Source: Botryllus schlosseri (lineage: Eukaryota). Taken from it: DNA of 64,000 nucleotides. The first letter of the stretch is position 1. Each line of letters begins with the position of its first letter. A model generated the notes under the pieces. That model had not been told where the DNA came from. It was given only the letters and a program-made list of their open reading frames with translations, and did no database searches. A program made the position numbers and the translations under genes. The stretch is from positions 14,260,001-14,324,000 of the forward strand of contig CM119378.1 in the NCBI GenBank assembly GCA_051294905.1, given 5' to 3'. This document shows, one piece after another, positions 48,901 to 60,470 of the stretch.

Positions 48901-50542
48901 CGGGCGGTATCAAGGCAGCGGCGTATCGTATTGCGGCATCAGATAGCTGGATATGGAGCGAGGCGATATACGGATTCTCACAGAAGTTTCGGTGTAGTTG
49001 GGAGGTTGTAAATAGGATCGGGTATAAGTCGGATACGCAAGGCCTTGGAAATTGAGCCTTCAGTATACCAAACGGTGCCAAAGTCTATATAACACCCGTA
49101 ACCTTACTTGAACCCACCACACAAAACGTGCATTGTTCATTATCGCCAGGGTTGAAAATTGCGCAGAGCGGACACTGGACAGTGGAACTTATCAATGGCA
49201 ATCGTTGTGACAATAAGTAATCTTGCGTCATCAATTTAACTCAATTCTTTCGTAATTCAACTCGACAATGCCGGTCTGACGCGGAACAAAAAAGCCCATT
49301 GCTAACGCGCGACAATACTCGGCTTTTCACGAGCGCGTATTTACCGGGAAAACAGCAACCGTCACCAGATACGATATCTCGGCTCCAAACCGAAACCGAA
49401 GTGGTTTCCAGATTTCTTAGAGCCACACAATCTAACCAAGAAGTTCACAGGCTTATCGTTTTATGTAATTTCCACGACCTAGCTAATAAGTTTGCAGAAC
49501 TTACATTTTATAACTAAGAACGAACCTTGAAAGCAAAATTATGAAATCAAGTTATACTCGAATTTTGCTCAAAAACAAAATGTTACGTTTGAGATTTAAA
49601 ACCATCAGAAAACGAACATAGATACGATTTCTCGATAAACATCCATACTGATGAGACAAATTTGAGAAAACGCATATTGCTTTGTTTTCAAAATATGGAA
49701 ACAATTGATTTCTACGATATTCGTACGGTACCGACAAGTGATAGCGATACAGCGTTACGCATCCACGTCAAAATATTTGAACAATGTTTTTAAAATTAGG
49801 ATTATCTCGAATGCTGTGCTTAGAAACCAGTACCTTAAACGCGAAATCAATAACGATCCACCCAAACTAGTGCCTTGCGATCATGGCGATAACAATAACA
49901 AAACAGTCATGAGATGTTTGTGAAAATCCTTCAAAACAATCCACCGAAAATTCACTGGAACTGGACGCTACACACAGTAATAATTCCTCGCAATCGTTGA
50001 TTCCATCTCGATTTTATCAAAACATCAATCATAAAATAACAAACACGCGAACACGTAACAACGACACAAAAGTAGAACAATAACAATCCGGCGTTATTGG
50101 ATTCGACCGCAAGAAACCGTTACCAAACATAATAATTCACGGTCACAAACCCTGAGTACGCGTAACCGCGACACACGCCGACACGGCAACGGTTGATGCC
50201 GACACATAAACATAACGCGCGCGCGAATACTTTTGCATGGGCCTTGTTTTCAATGCGATTACCCACAAAAGGTCAGCGGAGTGCGTTCATTTAGCGGAAT
50301 TAACAAAATCGGACTTCGCGCCATTTGAAATCACGCGTCGGGAATTTTGTCGATAGCGCAATCGAGAGGATTGGGGGAATTCCTGAGTTATTACAGATGA
50401 TTTGAAGTTATATTGCTTTCTTAGCAATTGATTTTCAGGTTGTACGCATTCCAGGTTTGAATTAGTATTTCTCTTTCCGGGAGTATAAACGGATCGAGCT
50501 TCTATCTAGCATCGTACATGGGCTTGAGTCAGACATGGTCAG

Positions 50543-51126
50543 TAGAGTTGTCCAAAAATAACTTTTTCACGGATTCTGGGGATTCAATGATTAGGTTGTT
50601 ATGTTGCCCACAAAAACGCTGCACACGAAATTTGTCTGAATTTCGACCAGTACAAACCGCAGCGGAGCAAATTGAAATTTTTAATTTAAAAAAATTAGAA
50701 TTAATTTTTTCTTCAAATTTCACAGTCCATGAAATTGTCCAGTTGTCTGTGAAAACGATGCAAAAGAAATTTGACGCAATTCCAACCAGCAGAAGCGAAG
50801 TCATTCGAGTTTCTCATCAATAATTCTGGGATTACCCACCATTCAATACTATTTTAGCAAATCCAAATCTTTCAACTGCAATCATTTCGCTTCTACCTGT
50901 TGCAAGTGCGTCAAAATTGTTATGCAACTCAACAATTCCATGGGGTTGACAGTAGAATTTGAAAAAGGATTCAATTTTTTTATTAAATTTAAAAGTTTTA
51001 ACTGGCTCTGCTCCGGCCTGTAATGGTTGGAATTGAGCCAAATTTGGTGTGCAGCGTTTTTGTAGGCCATCTAACAATCAGTGAATCCCCGGAATCCGGG
51101 AAAAAAGTTATTTTTGCACAACCCTA
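50543..51126. mobile_element. Fold-back hAT-type MITE (nearly fully palindromic, ~280-bp arms)
   Basis: Ends TAGAGTTGTCCAAAAATAACTTTTT / AAAAAGTTATTTTTGCACAACCCTA. Inner mirror blocks, e.g. AAAAACGCTGCACAC / GTGTGCAGCGTTTTT. TSD ATGGTCAG / CTGGTCAG (7/8). Confidence 0.85.
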
Positions 51127-53340
51127 CTGGTCAGCTATGCAGTTTTGTCTGCTACCGCCACTGAAGTAGTTACGAGTTTGGATTACTTAGACTTCTACAG
51201 TTTTTTTTTCAATCTAAACCTCTTGCTTCTAACTTTTTTGATTCTGCAAAGGAGAAAGTAATATATCGATAGATTTGCATGGCATTTGCGTTATAATCGA
51301 TTTGTGCCGAGTCGCCAAGTTGATCTTGCAAATTTTGTAACTGGATCTGGCGATTGACTGTCAAAAAGTGGGCGACCCTTCATCCAAATCTATCTCTTAC
51401 AACTACTTGAGTAATTCTCGGCACTACGCTTTTCCATCCCCAGTCGAAGTAATTTTAGCTTCCTTTGAAAATCAGTGCATTTTACACGGGAATGAGTATA
51501 AATTACGTTAATACATTACTTTTACCTTTACTTGATCAATAACATTTACTATTTTGACCACCTCAGGGCTTGACACGGATGCTATTCAAGAGCCGGGTTT
51601 CGGGTGGATTCAAGTCAATTACACTTGTCTCGGATTTTAGCTCGAATCAAGTTAAAATCGAGTAGAGTTTACTTCATATATCGCGTTAAAACTTTTTTTT
51701 CTCGATATTGCACTACTTCGAAAAAGCAAGTCTCCACGAAGCCCCGTTTATGTCGGCCGTGCCAAGATTAGCCGCAAAGGAAAATTTTGCAGTGAATACC
51801 CGCACGTTGACAGAGTCGTAATTGAGCGATGATTAGACTCGCACCTGCGCGCCTCAGATCACGTCGATTCGCAACCACACGACGTGACGTAGGCGCGATT
51901 ACGACGCGAGGAGAAAGCGCGCATTTCCCGAAATCGCGGATTACCCATTACCGGTTGGCTAGCAAAACAATCGCGCCCGGGCGAACTGTTGGCAGAAACG
52001 TTTCCGCGAGTGCAAACGGGTTTCCGTGCCCGTCACCTGGCGTTGACTAGAAAAGGGTATTCAAAGCCCGGATACCAAGTGACAGCGGGCCGTAACCAAT
52101 TCACTTCCTGCTGTTAATCAATAAGGGAGTTGATCAAGCTAGATTACTTCATACCGAATCCAATTCTGGATTTTGTAATGAGCATATGGTCAGTAACGTA
52201 GCAGTTCTACTTTTTCGGAGTACTCAAGTAGGATTTGTAACCACAAAACCAACCCTAAATCCAACCCTACAGTGAGATTTAATGCGCATGCTCATTGCTC
52301 AATTGCCGCATGCTCAATTGCTCATTGTTCAATGTTCATACACCCACGAACCACATTGGCCACCTCTGCTGTTGCGAGAGAACCGTTATACACCCTGTCC
52401 CTGTAGCAACTGTGTACTCTCGGAAGGCCGATTTTCATCGCAGAGTATTGATCTACATATATTGACCCCCTTAGCGCATAGCCCGGCCGAAAATTCGAAG
52501 GGCAAACTATTTCTACAATGTTGCGCCATAACAGGCGCACCGCGATTTAATCAGTCATCTCAAATCATCATGTCCGAAAACCAACATAGCGTCCCGTCTA
52601 CACCTGTTCCTGTGTATAACGGGTAAACAGGAACAACCGATGCAATAGGCGATATACTTCCCAATAGATCCGGTAAGTGTATATCATCACCCAACACCTC
52701 GACCATGAAGTTCAATAGGTTAAGAAACAGATCGTGCCTCAACATTGCGCGCGTGCCTGCTGCAACATGCGAACCTATCGCCCTCCGTTCCCAGGCACTC
52801 AAACAAGAACCCAGCAGGCCTTTCAACGCTTTAATAAGATTCGAAATCGGGCGGCTGACACAAATGGGTCGAGCAAACGGATTTACAAACAAAAAGGCCA
52901 GGCCGTGAGTTTCATACGGTATTCGATTACTGAACGCAAGAAAACCAAACCAAAACCATCCCGGCAACCGCGAAGCTGTCAAAACACCAACGCGTACGCC
53001 ATCAATTATAATAATCGTTATAGGGATCAGCACACTCGAAACCTACAAATGACATCTCATCGCTGCCAGCGTATATCTACACCGCGCACGGAACAACACC
53101 TGTCCGACTCTCAACTCGATATCGCGATCATTGAACCTTGAATTGTTTTGATTAATGTTGACATCTCAGCGTCACACTATCGGAGAAGACGCAGGCCATA
53201 CCGAGGCTCACTCACACGGGGTTAAACCCCTTCTGACACCGCGAAGGTTAAGTAAGCGATGTGGGAACCGATTTGTGCAGTGAGGTTGGAGTCACAAGGT
53301 GATGGAGTTCGATGTAGGCGGCAGAGGTGGTCATGGTCAA

Positions 53341-54290
53341 TATGGCCGGACAAAATCGAGAACCGGAGTCATTCGATACTGAATCGACTATCACTTATTC
53401 AAATATATACCTTCAACGCGACCACAAAAATACTACATTGGCATTATTTCGACCACGTTTGCTTCATTTCACTTTGTGACAATGCTGTGGGTCGATAGAT
53501 ATGTCATTTCTAGTAACGTGCGTATCTTTGTACCAGGGTTGTAATGGTAAAACGACTCGACTTGGGTGAATTTTTGTATTGAATCGACTTGTAATAGAGT
53601 CATTGCGCATGACTCGAACCAAGTCATGTGACTTCGAGACTAGGACGGCCAAGACAGACATTTCATTCTAGCTTCGAAGGATAGTAAAGTCACCACATTA
53701 TTGGCATTCGTGTATCAGTCCTGGTACTTGGAAAATATGGCCAAAAATTGTTAGGACTGATCAAAATTACGATATTGTGAATGAGAGACATTACATACCA
53801 CTAGAGCAGAGTTGAAAAAAGTGGATCGAACCGGATTGAACTGAAAACTGAACAGTGAAAAGAATGACTTGGACTCGGACTCGAGTCAAAACACTATGAC
53901 TCGGACTCGACCCTCTGCTTGCTGACTTGGACCAGGACTTGACTCGGTGGGGAATTGAGAATGAATCGACATGATTCGTGACAAAACTATCAAAAAGTGA
54001 GATTGACTTGGACTCGGAACCTTAGGACCTTTGGTTACAACCCTGTGTACTGTTTGTTTTGAATACTGCTCACGTCCAGTCGAGGTTTCAAGGCTGCCAC
54101 AGTGAAAAATACTATCGAAACCATAATTTTCGTCGATAAATTAACACTTACTGGCAAGGAGTGTATAATTTCAGTGCTCGAACTCATACCTCTTTACTCG
54201 AATCATTAGAACGACTTCTCGAGTACCCAACTGAGTAACCAACTCGAGTAACCAACTGTTCAAGTACCCGAATCATTGTGCTCAGCCCTA
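53341..54290. mobile_element. Older TAGGGCTGGGC-family MITE (copy 3), interrupted at 53534-54045
   Basis: The left end TATGGCCGGACAAAATCGAG and the right end GAATCATTGTGCTCAGCCCTA match copies 1 and 2. The interior is colinear on both sides of the insertion. Confidence 0.7.
53534..54045. mobile_element. GACTCGAGTC-rich MITE with CAGGGTTGTAA termini and apparent 5-bp TSD (hAT5-like)
   Basis: Perfect 11-bp TIR CAGGGTTGTAA / TTACAACCCTG. TGTAC flanks both sides (53529-53533, 54046-54050). Another right end is at ~55199-55209. Confidence 0.75.
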
Positions 54291-56922
54291 GTGGTCCGTA
54301 ACCAAGTATTTCTACACTATCGGAGTACTCAAGGTTTGTTAGAGTACCAACGATGCCTGCTATGAGCGCCTCTGGCCGGCAGTTTCGAATGGGGATTACG
54401 TCGGGCGTCAGATATTCAAACCATCCGTCACGTTTACAGGATTCAGGTATAGGCCAGAGGCTTAATACTAATTAGCTGGCTTGTGACGCAAACGCGTTTT
54501 ATTCTGCATAACGGAACGGAATGCGCAAACAGGATCAAACGCGAAACGGCAACGCGGCCTTTTTTTAGTCAGCATTTACCTTCACTGATCCAGTGGGTAC
54601 TAACAATTAAAAACGCAAATGGAGAGCCTGAATGAGAATTTGCAAAGTCGTTTAGCCGCCTTGCGATAATGATAGAGCCTTCTCATAATATTATCTGCAA
54701 ACTCAAGTGCGGCTGACAATAGATTTAGAAAGGCGGAGAAACAATATCGACTAGCGATGGAATAATTACACATCACATGAAGTTCATCGTGAATTCTAGA
54801 ACATCTCTTGACGACATACGACCATGACGATTAATTTTAGATCGCATTTAGCACACGTGTACAATACATACTTGAGTGTTTTGAACCCGTATATATCCGA
54901 GACAGAGAATAGTGTGTAAACCTCCGAGTCCAAGTCAGGCAGCAACGGGTCGAGTCCAAGCCATAGTGTTAAGACTCAAGTACGAGTCCAAGTCATAGTA
55001 TCTACTGTTCAGCATAGAGTTAGGTCAGTAAAAGTCCTCAGTGATATCGATGGCCTCAAATTCATACTATTTTCATTTTTCTCACTCTAAACATGTATAT
55101 TCAACAGATAAAAGACACTTTCCGGGTCCATATTTCAATTATCGGCCCTGATGTACGAGACTTGGATAAGTAACATAGAATGTGTCGACGGCCGAGTTAT
55201 TACAACCCTGGTTTCTATACTGAAATAGAAGTATTTCCTTCTACTCATTCACAAGTGAAAGTAGCAATTTCAAAGACATCGCAACAATAATTCAAGTAGA
55301 AGTAGAAAACGAAGATCCTAAAAGTACTCCAGTCCAGCAAGTAGTTTCAGAATGTAGATTTCGTCGAGTGGTCGTATAGTTAATCGGAGCTGGCCATTCT
55401 CGAAATTGCAGGCTGCATCTCCGCGATCAACGCAAAATGACCAATGACACCACCAGCAAATGGGTACGATTTTTGAAAATATAGTCACTTATCGTGACAC
55501 ATGGGCTCTTTCGGTCAGTTTTCAAGGCAATGTCACTCAGTAAAGCGATACAAACTACTTTCAACTCCACAAAATCCAAGCAGGACAAGGTGGCGTTCAG
55601 AAAATATAATCCTTTCATCAGAATACTCTCCACAAAATTACGAATAGAATTAATCTACAACGATTGCGTGACAGCCTCACGCTCGCTACTGCGCGAATTC
55701 CGTGGGACAGGCGCTACGCTCCGTTTTGTGAAAGGGCCAATCCGAGTGAGAGTAACATTGTTTGGATATCAAATAAATCGCGAAGTGTTGCGTTACATCG
55801 CGTAACAATCACGAAAACAGCTGTGCAACATTGTCGGCACAATGAGGGAAGCCAGGAGTCGACCACTCCTTCGACGAGTTCATCGGCTCCAGAAATATGG
55901 AATCTCGATATGGAATTATGGGTAATCGGTATTCGGATACCCGTGTCTTGGTCTTCCCAATTACAATACGTGAGATACGCGAGGCAAAAAACTGTGAGAA
56001 CATAACGCGAATTGATGAAATTTGAAAGGATATCGATTTCACAGGTCGGGTAAAGTCCGCTGGTTACGCGGGATACCATTGAGCATAATACGGCGTATTT
56101 GGGCAGGACCTATCGACCTTGTCCTGTCCCGAGGCTTCACCAATGATTCGCACAATACTGTTCTGGGGCGGTACCCTTGAGCAATCTCAACAACAGCATT
56201 ACCGCTGAGCGCGACCAGAAGAATTGATGCTTTCGCCCCGCGGCCGGCAGCACTACAATCGTACAATTGGCACATATATCAAGTCAATGGTTCTCAGGCG
56301 GTCGGCCAAATACGTAGCGATTTTGTATCTCAATTGCAAAATTCCAAAAGTTTGACGACTGTCCAATGTACATTAACTGTAGCAAAGGGACATAAAATTT
56401 TGAATTTGAATTCATGGTGTAGCTGGGACTCGGCGTACGTCTGAACGCTGCAAGTGTTGTACCCAAACTGTTTAAATGCAGACTGCAACTCGTTTGAGAT
56501 CTGTTACATAGGAAAGCTAAAAATACTTCCCGAACAAATTTCATTAACTTTCAACATCACAATTTAACGACAGTTTGCAGTACAACAGAGCCTAGCAAAC
56601 AGAAAAGCTGTAAAGACGTGTAACATCAAAAAGGCAGTAAATTTATCATTAAACCAAAGTTTCCAACATTTGCTTTCGAGTTGCGTACATTTATTATATG
56701 CATTATACTTTTGGGTGAGTTTTTATTTTTGTAGATTGACCGGACCGCAAAATTTGTGTTGAAATTTGTAGCGGGGCCCGAGCTATACAGGTTGAGTAAC
56801 ATTGCAATTAATCTCACGAGGATTGCCGCATTAGTAGGTGGACCATAATGTGATCTAAAAGCAACACTAGATATGCCTCCGTGTAGTCGCATACATCGGT
56901 AGACAATAGAACGGAGAGCATA

Positions 56923-57179
56923 TCGTCGCAGTGGAATCAAAGTGACTTATGTCCAGTTTTCAAATGTTGAAGCTTCATTTTCAAAACTTGAAAAAAATCA
57001 AGTTTTTGAAACATTTTCAATCTTTTTTGGCTATTTCTTGGCTATGGTTATGCTCGTTTCATTAATTCAAAGCTAATCAGGGCCAATATATGGCTGAAAG
57101 AAGATGAAAACTTTACGTAAAGTCAATTTTCTCAAAATGTGTAAAATGGACGTAAGTCACTTTGATTCCACTGCGACGA
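56923..57179. mobile_element. TA-flanked MITE (Tc1/mariner-type signature) with ~33-bp TIR
   Basis: TCGTCGCAGTGGAATCAAAGTGACTTATGTCCA / TGGACGTAAGTCACTTTGATTCCACTGCGACGA, one mismatch. TA on both sides. Confidence 0.85.
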
Positions 57180-60100
57180 TATGCAAAATTCTACACAAGA
57201 CAGTCCCCGATCGGCGGACGCTGCGGTTTTAGCCTATTCCAGGCGGCACTTGAAAATCTAACCCCCGGCCAGGAAGTGTGCCTCTCTGGGGCTGAAACAC
57301 GAGCGGTTTGGTCTGCTGAAACAAAGCCAGTTTCAAGTGGTTACACCGCTCGGCAAGCTGCAACAATGCGCATTCGTGTCATTTATTACCGGAGTCTGCA
57401 CGACGCAACGAAATCACGTGACCTGTCTTGCAAACGGCCACACGCGTACGAAAAACCGAACCATCTCGTTTCGCGGCGGTTAACTCGATTTGCGTAAGCG
57501 CCGCACTTATTTCGTAGATTAATAAAACCCAATTAAAAATCTCGACGCAGGAGGCCGGCTATATAACCGTAAATAGCGCATCGCTTCAAAACCGTCACGA
57601 TCACATTATTGGTTGCGGTCCATGGCGGCGGTAATTGTTCGGCGGTCGAGTCTTCTTATTTGTACAAATTTCCAGTTAAATACGAGGAACGCGATCGGTA
57701 TGCTGCGACGGTTGCTAGCCATCGGATTTAGGCGAGATATTAAATTAATAGACGAGTGATACGGAGCGTAAAATAGAACCATGAACAAAACCGATACCAA
57801 TCATGTGGAAGGATTTTGGGTTTCGGCCGCGAATACATTTTAAAATTATTAATAGAATACCCAACTCTTCACATGTTTTCCTTCCCATTTTTGAATATCT
57901 ATTTTAGTCGATCAACTGCAGGAAATTAGGATATCCATCGATTAGTTGTAGATTCGTATGTGACTACAGTAAACTCACACAGCAAAACAATTTCCATTAC
58001 ATCGCCTGCACGGCGAGTACTTGCAATTGGCGTGAAAATCCCTGAATATCTAGCAATATCAGGGATGCACTCAGTATTTGAGTCTACCGGTAGTCACAAG
58101 CTTATATCATGTTAGCATGGGTCGTAACTAAAACGAAAATTGGTACTGCGTAGTAAGTACGACAATTTGTCAGCTATAAAGTTGTGGAATGGTTATGCCG
58201 TGCTGTTATGTAATGGGAAAGTGCCGTCACGCTTTCATGATGAAGCCTCATGTCATCGTTATTATGGTTAATTGGTTATATATTGTCTTAAAACATGTGT
58301 TAGGCTTGAACAAAGTAAAAATGAATGAATTGTTATCAATCGTGATTATTTTTACCATGTAACCGTAATCGATAGCATGGACACACTGGTCGCACCATGC
58401 CTAGTTCTAAGTCTAACATCAGTAACCTACGATCCAGGCAATCCAACAATGGACCAAAATAACAGAACCTGAATGAACGATCACCACGCACCATGCTTGC
58501 CTTAGAAATGTAAACCGGCCCTTGCCAGACAACACCAAATAACGCAAGTCCTAAATCAAGCGCTCGACTCGACAGAATATCTATAAATCACACGAAACCG
58601 CCACACTAACACGCACACTCTCAATACATTCCGTGGCCGCATCATTAATCCTGTCACCGGCAGACGCAATTACCGGCCGAAGGTGTGTCTAATGCTATTA
58701 ACATTAGTTTACGGCCGATAGAAGCAATCGAAATGGCCGAAGTCACGCATCGCGGCAGTAAAACCGCCCTGACAAAACATTCACCAACACCGCCCTATCA
58801 CGGTTCTGCATACTGCCTCGGCTAAATTACATTTACCGCCAGCGTTTGGGCTGGGCAAAACCGGGCACCCAGACCCAGACCGCGCTAGTAATTAGTATGC
58901 CGCGGCGAAATCAAAGTATACCAATGCCAGCGTAATGTGATGCTGAAATTGGAGAGGAGGCCACGATTCAAAGCGACAATACAAACTGTCGCGAGTGAGC
59001 CACGAAGGGAACAATGTGACAGCGTCACGCACGCGCGAGGTACCGCTCGCAGAAGCAAGACAACAGAAGCTCGGATATACATAATTTGTTAAGCACAAAG
59101 CCTCAATCCTTATCGTATTTACGGGAGCTGACTGAGTCGATATATTGAAATCCAAACCTGGTCCGGAATTTGTCGGAATTTTGCAATTCGCATGCTATTC
59201 AGAATCTCAGTGATGTCACAATCGAAATTACTAAAATTAATTTGCAATTTCGTATGGAAATGCATAATGATTACACTCAATCCCTGTCACAATCAAAATC
59301 CAGTGTATCGAAGATTGTGATTGTGAATCCAATAGATCCAAACCCAAACCAAAATCTAAAAAAATAATCCCACGATTTTTTAAAATACAGATCCAAATCC
59401 ACACTCATCTCGGTTTCTATACCGGCGTGCCCAGCAGATAAAAGACACAGGTACCGTAATCAAAATAGTCCCGGTAGGCTTGCTACTCAAGTATAAGTAT
59501 AAGCAACAACGCAAATGTCTACCAGGTACAAGTAGATGTAACGAATCCTAAAAGTAACTATTCTAGGCCTACTCTTTCCTAAAAAAATCTAAGTCTGTTG
59601 AGTAGTAGTTTAGAGTCTAGATTTTAGAATCATAACCACTCAAGAAAGTACTGCAAGTGAGCGTAACCTAACTTGGCTACTGAACTATCCATACGACTTC
59701 CAGAATGAAAAAAAAAAACTATCGACAACCACACATCAACGCAGCAGCGTCATCCCCCAGACAACGTCACAAATTGAGAAGCACGCGAATATTGCTTCGC
59801 GGTGAGTTGCAGATGATATCATTTTACGAAAACCCAGCTCACCACCCCTAACCGCAACTTTGTAGGTCGGCACGAGTCGTAGAAACGACAAATATCCGCG
59901 GAATGCGGACTGGTCAACGTCATCTGGGATTAAGATATTATGATCAACACCACCCGCCATATACGGAAGTAATCTTCCGACCCCGTAACAATGGCGAAAT
60001 AGCGCCGAGTCATCATATATTTCAAGACGCGCGAAATCCCACAAATAACATTTAGGTAACCTAATACGCGGCGAATGCCAGGATTCTAAATCCCGCGTCA

Positions 60101-60242
60101 TAATGACATGGTTATTTCACCTCGTATGAATTTAATATCGAAAGTTTAAGAACTAGGAAAGCGGCAATATACAACCAGTCACGTGACCGTGACTTGCAAC
60201 AACATCAGCATGTCCCGATATCGCGAGGACTTCCGACACACC

Positions 60243-60470
60243 AGTGTAAGTTTATAAGAGTTACAAATTTTTCAAAAGTGGTAACAATATCGATTAGACT
60301 CTTGAAACATGTACTAAACGAACTAATTTCAAACAGCTTTATGTTGACGCGTGTAAGTTTATAAGAGTAATATATCATTCTAAGATGGAAAGAAAATTGA
60401 TCAGTTTCTTGGAACATGTTTGAAACCCATACAAAAATGAACAACTTTCAAACAAGTTTATGTTGACGCG
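60243..60470. repeat. Degenerate ~110-bp tandem duplication
   Basis: GTGTAAGTTTATAAGAGT...TTTCAAACA..TTTATGTTGACGCG occurs twice in succession. Confidence 0.7.

Noticed and set aside
52560-53141. 157-aa minus and 135-aa plus ORFs
   Set aside because: No recognisable motif or clear splice context, and overlapping frames of similar length suggest chance ORFs. A BLASTX hit would change this.
55427-56275. Three staggered minus-strand ORFs as a pseudogene
   Set aside because: The frames do not join and no family motif is recognisable.
59736-60101. 121-aa minus-strand ORF with protein-like composition
   Set aside because: No recognisable domain and no strong donor or acceptor; left unannotated pending a homology search.
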